Source: Gekko japonicus
Lineage: Eukaryota
DNA: 64,000 nucleotides
Reading direction: 5' to 3'
Assembly: GCF_001447785.1 (NCBI RefSeq)
Contig: NW_015170299.1
Span: forward strand, 1-64,000
The position numbers were made by a program, and so were the translations under genes. Position 1 is the stretch's first letter; the number at the start of each line of letters is the position of its first letter. The notes beneath the pieces were generated by a model. That model was not told the origin of the DNA. It worked only from the letters and a program-made list of their open reading frames with translations, and made no database searches. Positions 12,258-24,696 of this stretch are shown here, piece after piece.

Positions 12258-12332
12258 CGCTGACCTGGATAGTCCAGGCTAGCCCAATCTTGTCAGATCT
12301 TGGAAACTAAATAGGGTCAGCCCTGGTTAATA
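12258..12332 (+). mobile_element. 5S rRNA-derived SINE fragment
   Basis: TGACCTGGATAG...GCCCAATCTTGTCAGATCTTGGAAACTAA..GGGTCAGCCCTGGTTA resembles the 5S internal region and the copies at 15500 and 29130. Confidence 0.65.
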
Positions 12333-15300
12333 CTATTATTAAAAAGTATTAGTCTCATTACATTTGTTGATTTTGAGACTGAAATTTTATTCTCTAGTCT
12401 TTAAAGCAGGTACAAGAAATCAATTAGTTGAATTGTCAGTCTGTTTACAAATAACATATTAAAATAGTTCCAGAGGTGTATTAGTCTATTGCAGCAAAAA
12501 TAGACAGGAATCTTGTGTCACTTTACAAATTAACAACATTTTATCTGAACATAAGCTTTTGTGGATTGGAACCCACCATCCAAAGAAGTGGATTCTGCTC
12601 AATGAAATCTTATACTGGAATAAAATGTTGCCAGTTTGTAACTTACCACAAGACTCTAGTTCATATTTTAAAAGATTGGTTTTGCTTAATGGTGAAATAG
12701 GGCAGGCTTGTAAAAATGTGTATTTTCACAATCATAAAGCTAGAACTTATGCACCTTCTTATCCAGAGTTTTACAGATGTTTTATTCATTTTATGGTTTT
12801 GAGTCAGTATTCTCCATGGATCATCATGACATCATCTAGCTTTGTCAAACAGAAATGACAACAATGAGAAAAAGAGAACATTCCACTCCCTACTTCTCTG
12901 TCCTTTGGATTGTTGGTGTCAGTAGCTGAATGACTCAGTCCCCAGCAATAGTCCACATGGCATCAGCTGCAAGTTGCTGAAGTTACATCTCTTCTGCCAG
13001 AGTAGGAGGAAGAAAAATGTTTATTTGATGGCTATTTTAGTGCCTCTGTACATAAAGAGAAGAATTTATGACATGTAGCTGTTGTGTTGCAGTAGTCATG
13101 ACAATCTGATGAGATAGACAGTAAGTGATCTGACAACTGCAGTCAAAATCAGCTATCAAAGTAAACAAATATTGGCACAAAAGCACAGCAGTATTATAAT
13201 GCACAACGTAGTATGAAAATAAGGCAATATATACATGGGTGTATAGAGAGTTCAAGCTTTTAAATGTTAAAAATCCTGGAAATTCTATCCCAGCTCCCTG
13301 AGCCATGCATTTCTTGGCAGACCTGGGAAATCTCAGTGCACAGAGAACTACTGGCAAGGGTTTCCCTCTATGGCAAGGGTTTGCCATAGGATGCTGCTCA
13401 TATGGAAAAGCCCCTTCCATGAAGCAAATACAGAAGACCATTCCTGCAGGAGTTCTGTTTGCTGACTGAAGTACACAGGTTCTGGGTTGCAAGCTAAGGC
13501 CACAATCTGACACAAAGAAATCCAGTACTAAAGGCTCAATGAGGAAGTCTGCTTGCTAGCTCCAGAACTTTAAAGATCTATGCTTTCATGGGATAAATTC
13601 AATTTTGTGGTTCTTTAGCTGACAGTGCAACCCTAAGGCAATCATAGTTTGATGGCCTGCAGCTTAAAGATCACAAAAATATGTATCTTGATCTAGCATT
13701 CAAGAATGTACAAGTGCACAGTCTGGGTGTAAGGTTCACCTCCATGTTGCATCATTTACATATAGCTTAGTATGGTAATAATAGAGTTGTGAAACGTCAT
13801 GTTGCACAGTTCATAGATTACAAAGTAAATCTCATGAATATAATTATATATTTATCATTGCTTCCCATGAACTCATTAAGTACTTATAGTAATAGCTGGT
13901 ATAGTGGAAAAGAAAAGGTTTATCCATAGATAAGGAATTAAACAGCACTGTAAATAACTGAACTGAGTTATTTACAAAAGATTCCCCATCTTTTGCAGAA
14001 GGATTAGATACAGTTTGAACTAGTTGTACAATAATGTGAAAAATGTGTATTTTGGGTTTAATATGATTGATTCTATTTTGTATTGTGCCAGTTGTTTTGG
14101 AGCTTTTGAATATAATTGTTAAAGGAAAGTGCAGGTTATTATAGAGACCTCTGATTGTTTTCTTTAAGCGTCATCAGAGCATCTTGTGTACATAATATAT
14201 GCATTGGGCGTTTTTTTCTAGCTTGTTTTGAATTTGATCAAGAACACATATGTAATTAATATGTGTGCTTGGTTTTAATAATGTGTACCACTGCGGCAAA
14301 AGCTATGTAATAACAGCAAAATATGTAGGACTGTAAAAGTTTTCTGCTAGCTGCAATGAAAAAGCTTTGCCTTCTACTACTGAAGTTAAATGGGAAGTAA
14401 TTCTTATCACCAGTTTCTGTTGAACAGGAATGTTTTATAAATGTTTATGGTCTGTTTGTTGAGTATATGTATAAGATTTCACAGTGATGGATGCCAAAGT
14501 ATCAGTTAAGTGTAACTGTTAAGTATGTGCTCAACCTATGCTGCTAAAAACTGAGACATTACACTGCCAAACTCTGGGATACATTGTAAATATCCAGAAC
14601 TGTATTAAAAGTGAAGTGTGTTTGTTGCTTCCTGTATGCTATAATTAAATAATGGGGGGGGGGGCCGATGTTTTAGTTTTGAAGGAACAGGAAGAGCAGG
14701 ATAAACCCATTCTGAGTTATGTCTTTATTTGTTTAAAATATTTATATGCTTCCTTGTAGAACTGGAATGGTAAACTGTTACTACTAAATTACTGTTACTA
14801 CTAAATTTTGTAAACACTATCAGAGCTGAATGAGAGCTGCTTCTGTGTAGCTAGATCCCATTCCATTCTAATGATGTCTGCAGGAAAGAACCAAGCAGAA
14901 TGTGTAACTTATGTGGCTCCTTCCCATGCCAGCTTCATCCATCCCTGAGAGATTACTTGGAAGAGATGCCAAGGGAGATGCTACCTTATACAGATGGTCA
15001 GCAAAAGCACATAAACATAAGAATTCCAAAATAATACAGAATTACAGATTGCATAACACCCTGTGAAACCTCTTTAGCATTGGCCAGGATTTCGAAGATA
15101 CAGAATGGTTTGGAAATATGTAAGTCATCATGGGGCTGGCATGAAAAGTGCTAAGGCCGAAACCGCTCCCATCCTTAACAGATGAGAAATATATGACAGG
15201 TGGAAATCAGGCTAAATGCTGCTTACATGCATATAATAGCAATTTGGTTAGATCCAAGGGGTGGAGTGCAGCAGAACAAGTTGATGGTTCAAAAGCTATT

Positions 15301-15499
15301 AGGGCAGCTATGTATGCTCCAAAAAAGGAAAGACTCCACGTGCTGCACAAAGTAGTTGTCTGAGCCAATGCTCTCCTTTACTAAATTGAGTCCTGATCAA
15401 ACTGAAGCCCTGTTGCTTGAGGTCTTCATAGCTGAGCTCAACAGGAGCCCTGAATAGCATTAGCCCCAGAAGTATTTTCTTTTTGGTATTTTTGCATTT

Positions 15500-15718
15500 T
15501 GTGTGTGTGTGTACGCTGATGCCTGGAAGTCATGGTGACCTCCAGCAACTCGTACTGGGGCATGGAGGATGTTCAGAGAAGTGGCTTGATAGCGTGCCTC
15601 TGCCTCCCAGCCCTGGTATTCTTTGGAGGTCTCCCATCCAAATACTTGCCAGGGTTGGCCCTGCTTAGCTTCCGAGATCTGATGAGATCGGGCTTGCTTG
15701 GGCTATCCAGGTCAGGGC
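15500..15718 (-). mobile_element. 5S rRNA-derived SINE (SINE3-like)
   Basis: The minus strand reads GCCCGATCTCATCAGATCTCGGAAGCTAAGCAGGG...GTATTTGGATGGGAGACC (5S A/C boxes), with a non-5S head and a (CA)n tail. Confidence 0.8.
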
Positions 15719-15989
15719 ACCCCAAAACTAATTTTCTGATGTTAGGTACCCAGGACAATTTGCTTCCTAGAATGGATTGTTATCATTTATTAAGGAGAAC
15801 TCAAGCTGAAGTTTTGGGAAGCTTCAGGACTGCCATTGCTTCACATGGTAACCAAGATTCTACTGTAACTGGTTGGGGGACTTGACACTTTCATTGTTTT
15901 CACCGATTCCTTCCCAGTGTTCTATTTTGCATTTTCCAAATATTTTGCATACACTTTTCTGCTTATATTGATGACACAAGTCAGCAACC

Positions 15990-16245
15990 ATTATTATTTA
16001 TTTAATTAGACTTATGCCCCGCCCTCCCAGCCAAGGTTGGCTCAGGGTGGCTTACAACAGAATAAAACACCCACATAAATTTAAATCATCCTAAAAAACA
16101 GTTAAAACATTGCTCTAAAAGCCCCTGCACAGAGCCGTGGGGGGGGAGGAGAGACAATATTTAGTGTGGGGAGTAAAGAAAAGAGGAAGGGTTGGGGGGG
16201 TGGCCCAGCAGCCTTACCAACTGCAGCCACCCATCACTCAGGGCC
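15990..16245 (-). mobile_element. L2-like LINE 3' fragment
   Basis: The minus strand has the TGTAAGCCACCCTGAGCC...GGGCGGGGCATAAGTC..AAATAAA end seen in the L2 copy ending near 44743; boundaries approximate. Confidence 0.5.
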
Positions 16246-17104
16246 CAAACAAGGCAAGTCTCCTTCTTTATTTTATTATTATTTTTTTTTAAAAAGTATT
16301 TTAAACGCTGAGCCACAGCTCTGACGCAGCTCGAAGATCTGGCCGTGGTGCAGCCGTGTAAATCAAGCCATAGACGCGGCCCTGGAAGGAGGCCAGCAAG
16401 GGGTGCCCTGCAGCCACAAGATGCAGGCGTGGCTCCAAAAATCAAGCCGCCGACGTGGCCCCAACACCCCGGACGCAGCCCCGATGCCCGGGCTGCAACA
16501 CAGCTCAGCCTCACGGCCACGGATGCAGCTCAAACTGGATCCTCGCCATTCCGCCCCCCTTTCCTGGACTTCACCACCTCACCGCTGCTTGGTTTTATTT
16601 TTGGTTTGTTTTTTTAAAAAAAAAATTAGATCAGCCCTGCCTCGCCATCGCCTGAAAGATAGGCAAGGCCTTGGAAAGGTCCCTGATGCGCTCAGAGCTG
16701 CTACAGCTACCAAGCATGAGTCAAGCTGGTCAAGGGAGATGTATGCCCCTTGAATCCTTTGTGCCAATTGAATTGCCCATTCAAACCCTCCTCTAAGTTG
16801 TACGAAATTGTCAATTTTATCTCATGTTAGGTTGCTATGACTAAGGCCAATCAACATACGCAGTAGAAAAAACCCAACTTGGCACAGCCTTCTAAGCACT
16901 TTACAACGTCAGAGGCCAGATGGGGGTAAAAATATCTAAAGAAAACCCTTGTTCATTGAAACCTGGAAAGGGTCTAGGCTGACTAACCATCTCCCTAACT
17001 ATGCATATGGACTTTTACATGAATGAACACTCAAACACTTGGTTTCTTGACTTGCCTTCTGAAGCAGTACAGTCCCCCAAGGGTGCTTTGACTGACTGTA
17101 TTGA

Positions 17105-17270
17105 TAGGTGGAATCAGCTGCCTAGGGAGATGGTTAGCTCCCCTTCACTGACAGTTTTCAAGAAGAGGCTGGACGAACAATAGTTAGAAATGCTTTAGGC
17201 TGGTCCTGCATTGGGCAGGGGGTTGGACTAGATGGTCTGTATGGCTCCTTCCAAATCTATGATTCTATGA
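17105..17270 (+). mobile_element. CR1 3' fragment
   Basis: Encodes WNQLPREMVSSPSLTVFKKRLD, followed by GGGTTGGACTAGATG and an (ATTCTATG)-type tail. Confidence 0.85.
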
Positions 17271-19640
17271 TAGATCCTATATCATACTTAACTCTCTTCC
17301 TTTGATATCAATGAGATTTAAATATGCTTAATTTTATCTGGATTGTGTCCTGTGTAAATACATACACACAAACACAGATGTGTACAACAGGGCTTAATTA
17401 CAAACTTTCCCCCAACACAAATCAGGTATGAACCCATTGACTTCAGGGGGATTTAAAAGATCAGTAATCTAGTGATTCCTCTGAGGTATTGGATTAGATA
17501 AAATTTGGTGACTATTCTAGACTAAACAATTACACTTTATTAGGAAAGGATGGAGGAAACAGAACTGTGGTACACAAGGGGCTACATCTCCCCATATTGT
17601 AATTGTCTACTTAATGCTGCTGTCTTACATATAATTATATACGATAAGCATTGTAGGATTCACTGGGCCATACCTTTGGGTAAAATGCATAGGAATGGTT
17701 TATAATTCTTCTACATGTTGCTGAATTCTGCTTTAAAAGAGCGTGTCCATAATTTCAAATACATTAAATCATGCCAAGTTAAGCAATCTTTTTTTTTTAA
17801 AATTAACAGATTTTTAGTGACTGAACATCGTTAAAAGAAATGGCAAAGTACTACAGCAGACATTTCATTAATTAAATGCCCAGAGATTAGTCACTGGGCC
17901 CACCTCCAAATATTCTGTCAGCACATGCCTCTGTGAAATGAATGGGGCTAATCTTTGAGCAAACAGAGAACCAGGCTGTACTGTATGATATTTTTGTATA
18001 CAAAATGACACTGGGTAAGAGTAAAAGAACTGAGGATAAGGATGATAAAAAAAAATCAAGAAATGAAATTTTGACTTAAATACTAAAAAAAAAAAAGCAC
18101 AGATGAAAAGGAAAGGACAAATCAAGCAAATATTCTAGATCTTTAAAAATTCAGCTATAACACATTTTCTGTACTGTGCACACACACACACGTGTGTTTG
18201 TGTTATGTGTGTACTAGAAATATGAGATACATTTGCAACAGTCTCTGAACAAAAGATACAATCTATAGCCACATTCCAAAACAGTTTAGTTGATGTTCAT
18301 ATACATCTCTGTCCACTGTTAGATACATATCTCAGATCTGCACATTTGCTCATCTATCCTTGATCAACACTGAAAAAGTAGAACTGATCTTGGAAGCCAT
18401 GTGTATTGTCATTTTCTCTCTTTATGTACTATTTGATGATGAATCACTAAAGGTGAGCATCCAGTCTGGCAGTCTCTCAAGACAAGCATCATCAAAACTA
18501 CAGCCTTGTTTCTTTGAAGCACCTCAAGAGATTAAATCTGCTGTGATTCCTTAACAATTAGGTTTCCTCAAATTCATTTATTGCGTTAATCATTCATCTT
18601 TTGTGTTGACACTTAAGATGGATTACAGATATAATGTGCTAAGAAACTTTGTTGGTAAGCACCTGTTTTATCACTTCAAGAATATGAGGTAGTAGGCTGT
18701 TGCTTATGAAAAATAATATCACAACAGACAGCTAATTTCAAATGGTCAAACCAATTTTTTTAAATTGGAAAATAACATCAACACACCCCAAATATGAGGG
18801 GGGTAATTTTTCTTCCCATTTCCCCACTTCTTGACATCAACAGAGCCCCCTCTTGCTGTCATCTGCCCCATTCTGGAAACATACAGGCAACATATAAGTC
18901 CTTCATGCTTTCCCCAGTAACCAAGTAACAGCTCTGGAGGGCAGCTTGCAGGCACAATAATGGCCAAATTGAAATGCTTAAGCTTCCTCCTGAAGTCCCC
19001 ATGAGAAATGGAGGGCATGGATGCTGTATACCAATTAAAAAAAAAAAAACACCACTCTGCAGCAGTACTTACAAGTGTTCTAGCATCTCATTTAAGTTTG
19101 GCCTAAAGGGATATGTAGAGCTTTGTATTTTCTCGTGAATTGCTTCCCTTCTTTCTTTTCTTCCTTAGATGACAGCAGCAGCTGAAAAACTCATTGTTAG
19201 TGTAGATTACTGAGAATGGAAGAAAACTAGGAAAACAGTAGAAAATAGTAAGGGAAATAATAGCTGCAATTCTTATTTAATTTTGCTGGTTTTCCAGTTT
19301 TCCATCCTTCGTTTAAGATGTACTTAACCACTATGTTTTATTTTCTCCCTGATCCATACACTTTTCTTAAATAATCTAGTCTTGTTGTTTTCCTCCAGTT
19401 GCTGACTTTATATGGTATTTCTTTATGTTCACAGACCCCAATAGCTTTCCAAGCATTCTGTGGTTTATGAAACCAATTCTTATGTTTAGTAATTACCTCA
19501 CCCAGTACATTAATAATATATAGGTCTTTCTTTTAAATAGATGATCACTCAGGAGTTGCCGTTAGAGTACAAACAATAAATTTTGGGGCGTGCTTTATTA
19601 ATATTTTGTTATCTGATCTTTTTTGTACCTTTTATACCTT

Positions 19641-19672
19641 CAAAAACACACACACCAACTAAACATTTTATT
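19641..19672 (-). terminator. Polyadenylation signal of the FReD gene
   Basis: AATAAA (19667-19672, minus strand) about 80 nt after the stop, followed by GU-rich GTGTGTGTGTTTTTG. Confidence 0.6.
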
Positions 19673-19751
19673 TCTACATGCAAGTTAAAGAGAAACTTTC
19701 TATTACATCCACGGATCAGAACTTGAGCTGGATTCAGTTTTGCAGCACTGT

Positions 19752-20449
19752 TTACAGTTCATCTTTCTGAACAGGACAAGCCTTGGAATGGTCCTGACTG
19801 TGGTCTACTGGCTTGACCATCATCCAGGCATATTTACACATGTGCTCTTTATTACAGTCCTTCTGCCAATATATAACATTCCTTCGGTTCAGATTTGCTC
19901 CAGCACAAGCATCATACCACCAGCCTCCACCAGGAATACCATTGTATTCCAGTTTGGCACAATTTTGAAAATAGTTATCGTTATCTTTGTCTTTTGTAGT
20001 AAACTTCTGGTTGTCATGAAGATATGCTTCTGTATCCTGAGTCAGAGCATCAACAGCATTGCCTTTATACAAGCCAAGCCTGATCCTATATTGAGATGCT
20101 TCATCCTCAATGAGGAATGGCTCATATTCTCCCCACTTAATTTCAGCATTTAGGTCTACAAGTTTAACCCTAAGTATATATGGTCTTGAAGAACTGGTTA
20201 ACTGGTGCATATACTCATTCCCTAACCAGTAGTTGTCATTAAGGAAACCAAATCCATATTTATAGTCCTGCCAGGTCCTATCAAAGTCCACAGTACTGTT
20301 GGCAGTAATGTGCTGAATCACTGTCCAGCCACCATCTTGCATATCGCAGTACACACCAATAGGCTCCTTTGCTGGCTGAATGATGTAAATACCATCTCTG
20401 GAACTCTGCTCAGATTGCTGAAAAATTTCACTGCAGTCCCGTGGATAAT
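19752..20449 (-). CDS. Fibrinogen-related domain (FReD) protein, coding exon 2 (whole domain plus C-terminal KDEL)
   Basis: Motifs PRDC, VYCDM-DGGWTVIQ, F-RTWQDYK-GFG, YWLGNE, FTTKDKDND and GGWWYDACAGANLN. The phase-1 acceptor GCACAG|AT matches the exon 1 donor, and the exon ends CPVQKDEL-TAA. Confidence 0.93.
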
Positions 20450-21940
20450 CTGTGCATAATGAGGAAGAACAACACATTTTATTTGCAAACCTTCTCCAAC
20501 AATGAGTGCTTGGACCTAAATATAGGGGAACATATTATTCCATCAGAATTTGTAAAGTATATATTATGTAGTTCAAAGGCTACATAGTATTTCCAGGTTG
20601 CATTGAAATTAATGGAATGTGGCCTTGAAGAAGCAAATAAGGAATGTCAGGTGTGCAAAAATGAAACTAGATCAGACCAAAGACTCAACTGGTTGATTCT
20701 TCTATCTTCAAGCACACCTGAAAGCTCACAAGCAAAGAATTATGGGGATAACCATCTTCTTTTGGTACTCAGATGGATAATGGCTCTGAACTTAAATAAG
20801 TATTCCTTGTTGTAATGGGTGATAGCCATTGTTAGGCCTATCTTTTTAAAAAGTCATCCAGGAAAATGGCTATAACAACACAATGAATTCCTGAGGCTGA
20901 CCATATGTTGCATGAACAAGCTGTTTGTTTAACCTGAATAAATGTCATGGCTGGCTCTGACTGTATTCTAGTTATTCAATAGTATGTACATCATTCATCT
21001 TTCACTCTGTAGGTAGAACTGACAAAAGTAGGGGAAGGATTAAAGAACTTGTGACCATCACTGAACAATATTGTGAGGTGCCGTTGGAGTGTTACACACA
21101 CACACTCCTCTGGCCCCAGATAAAGAAAGGCCCTATGCCCCCAAATTTACTTTGGTACAAAGCGGACAAAACCATTCACATAAATGTTACTTATATAGAC
21201 TTATGGTGTTCTGAGAAAATCAATTGGACTGAGAAAATTAATTTTTAATGTGAGTAATCCAGGACCCTTTGGAATTTCTAAAGGTTAAATGTGCCTTTAT
21301 GTTTTTGCAACTTGTTAAATAAAGGTAAATAAAGACCATGTATCAAGCAGTAACTTATGATGCTGTGTGTGACCACTTGGGTAAGCTAAATAGTAAAATT
21401 GATTGTGTAGCCATTAGCCATTACAATTTTAACCGAGCACCGCTTGGGTAAGCTGATCATCTATATTGTCCTGCCACATGAGGAAGAGAATCTTCTCATT
21501 CCTTGATTCTCCAGACATCTGATCAGGTGCAGAAATCTTTTCAGCTTGGTAGGGTAATAGAGATGAAGGGCTTAATAAGTAGTCAGCTACAATGGCAAGT
21601 GTCAAGTTTCTACATGGTATGTTATCATTGGGTGAATGATTGTATGTACCTACCCATAGAGCTATATTAAGGCAGAACAAATAGAAAACACAATCCGTAG
21701 AACAAAATAGAAAAGACCCAGTGAAAATCTTTGCAATGACAAGAAACAGTACATAAACAGAGATGATATGAACAAGATCTGTAGTTATTAATAATCATTA
21801 GCAGTTTTTACACTTGACTTCCAACATATTTTTTTCAGGAACCCCCCTGCTACTATAATGATCAACATAATCAAAGTGTAGGATAAAGCCAGTTGAGTAA
21901 ATTTTTCTGTCTCTCTCACACACATTTGTTCTTTTATTAC

Positions 21941-22088
21941 CTTTTGTATTAATGTTGATCAGTCTCGTATAGCCTCCTGGTGAAAGCATGTGAGAATTGG
22001 CAAGTTCAAGGACCTCTTCTGCACTTGTCCATAGTCCACACTGAACGAACAGCAGTAGGATACACCCCAGTGAATTTTTCAAATTCAT
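21941..22088 (-). CDS. FReD protein, coding exon 1 (signal peptide and short linker)
   Basis: MNLKNSLGCILLLFVQCGLWTSA|EE looks like a signal peptide. The exon is 148 nt with a phase-1 donor AAG|GTAATA, and 148+698=846 nt gives 281 aa plus stop. An upstream acceptor CTCTCTGCAG at 22170 implies a 5' UTR intron. Confidence 0.85.
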
Positions 22089-24087
22089 TTTTTCTTATGA
22101 CGAAGCTCTGCACTGATGGATTCTGGAAACCTAACAGAGACTGGCATTTAGCATTAAAAGACTGATTGCCTGCAGAGAGAATTTCTTGAAGAGAAACTGA
22201 AACACCTGGTTTCACAGTTAAGATCTGCCAAAGCTATGAATCTTTTTTTCTCTCTTTTGAAACTCACTTTTTAAAAATGTGTCACACTGCATTTGTGATG
22301 GGCCACTTCTTTGACACACAGAACTTTTATGTCATGCAGAAGACATTAAATCTTGTTATACTATCAGTCAGTGTGATAAAGCACATTTGTGTGCATGATA
22401 ACAACTGATAGAAAATAATGGCACGGCAAAGTTTCAATTAAAAACATGACTCTCCTTTATCAGATCTGATGTGCCATGTTCCCTGGACCGCATCTGAAAT
22501 GAAAATGTGTCATTGAAAGGAAGAACTAAAGCATACCAGAACACTAGCTGCTGTCATGGAAGCTGTTGGGGAGAAAGCAGTTATCTCACAATTATTGACA
22601 GGACTTTGAAGCCTCAGACTTCAATCCTGTATGTGTGACTAGCATCTCTAGTGAAAAGGATTTCTATCGCTTTTTTATGGGAAATTTTATGGGAAAATCT
22701 TCCTCTGAAGAAATTCAGAAAACTGATTGGGCGTAAAACAGATCAGTTTGAAAATAGACTTCTCTTGGAGCTGCAAAATAACATCCTGTAAGTACATCAA
22801 AAACCATAGTATTAACTTTGTATCATATATTGGAACTACCTTGTAAGCAAAATGCTTCTTGCTTCTAGTTCACTCCAAACAATTTAGTCCCAAGTACTGG
22901 CAGTATACAATTAGATATCGCATTAGAGAAGGATTTGTGCTGTCATGTAAATTGGCTCTTAAGCAATATTCCTTGATGTAAAATCCCACCCCAGGTGGTG
23001 GCTGTTCTTTTCAAATGATCTCAAAATGAGCTAATGAATTTATTACTACTACTAAGTTAAAATGTGATTTTGACCCAAGATCCAAACTCATCTTAACTGT
23101 GGAAAGTCTAAAATGGGATAAACATCTGCAACAGGCTTTGTAAAAAAGCTAAAAGGGATCAAATGTTTTCTCTTCACACAATATTTAAATTTCATATTAA
23201 AACTATATGCTGGCTTTAAAGTTCTGTGTTAAATGTAGAAAGTAGGTTTCAACTAGGACACAGATAAGGAAAGCAATAAAGAAAAAGTAGAACAAGAGGA
23301 AAGCTCACCTTTCTTGCTCTAATTAACAATGGAAGAAGAGAGCTCCTCAAAAATCCGTGGGACAATTCTTTGGATATGTACTTTACAGCTTGCCTACTGC
23401 TGAAGTCCAGGTGAACAGCTCAGCCAAAGATCTCTTGTTTCCAGCACGGAAAGTCAGTTATCTTCCCAAGATTTTGCATTTTCAGTGTGTCTATCTTTTG
23501 ACTGATGGACTTCACTCTGACACGTTGTATCCACAAATAAGCATCTTAAAAGGCCAAAGTTCTCTTCATCATAAGAAAGATATTACTGTGGATACACTGA
23601 TTTGTTTCCTGCTTAGTAAACTCATTGAATGAAATACTTGTAGCCTGCAGCTCATACTTTCAAACTAAATCCTGTCTTGATCACCATATCATATGGCTAA
23701 CAGGATTAATTGAGAAGGAAGAGCCACTACAACAGTGATATTAAAAGACTCAATAAAACAGCAACTGCAATCCAATCTTTATTTAAGTGTCATTGAGTGC
23801 AATGGGACATGCCCAGCTAACAATGCAAGCTTTAAAAGTTACACCCTTCTAAACACACTGGGATTAGAAGGATGTGACTCCGTTCATGATTGCACTGTGT
23901 GGCTGCACCTGGACCTAAACCCTGCTGAATAAAGTGGGGCTTATTCCTGAGTAAACAGGCTTTAAAGGCTTAAGAACAGGTTGGATTTTAACCACTGTTT
24001 AGCAGACCTGTAGCTAAGGTTCATTTTCTTCAGTTTAGGCACAAACAATTTCTGATTTTAATCCTCACTACATCCTGTGTTTCCCCC

Positions 24088-24306
24088 TAGGATTGCCAAC
24101 TTCCAGATAGAGCCTGGAGACCTCCCAGAATTACAATTGATCCCCAGATTACTGATATCAGTTCCCTTGCAGGAAATGGCTGCTTTGGAGAGTGGACTCT
24201 GTTAGCATTATACTCAACTGAGATCTATCACCTCCCAAATCCACCGAACCAGGCTCCACTCCACCCATATCCCCAGAAATTCCGCAACCCAAAGTTAGCT
24301 ATCCAG
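24088..24306. mobile_element. hAT MITE (TAGGGTTGCCA family), degenerate
   Basis: TAGGATTGCCAAC terminus; body homologous in reverse orientation to 30916-31136. Confidence 0.65.
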
Positions 24307-24696
24307 TTCCCATTCTTCGGTGCACATATCTTTATATAGGATTTTTTTTCCTGATGACCACCTTATCCCTGACCCATGTGCAGAGAGCTGCATGTCCCTA
24401 ACAGAGGCTTAATGCGTGGAAACGGGATGTTGAAGCTTTTCATTGAACATTCCATCAAGCTTCTATTAAATAGCATCCATTAGTAAATAGCATCCTGCCA
24501 GCAACCCTAATCACCCAGGAAGCTTCATAGCAAAGTAGGGATTCAAACCTGGGTCTCCAAGATCCTAGTCCAACATTTTAACCACTTCACCAAGCATGCT
24601 GAATCTTCTTTTTATGAGGAGCTATATTGTATTAAGATTTCTGGAAGTATTTTTAAGTAAACATGCATAGGATCAGGTTGCATGTATTTTTCTAAA

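Noticed and set aside
15611-15700. Possible 5S rRNA gene
   Set aside because: The 5' and 3' ends are not 5S, there is no proper terminator, and it occurs as dispersed diverged copies, so it is a SINE.
20450-20477. N-terminus MCCSSSLCT of the 241-aa ORF-track protein
   Set aside because: It is the intron's pyrimidine tract and acceptor; the real N-terminus comes from exon 21941-22088.
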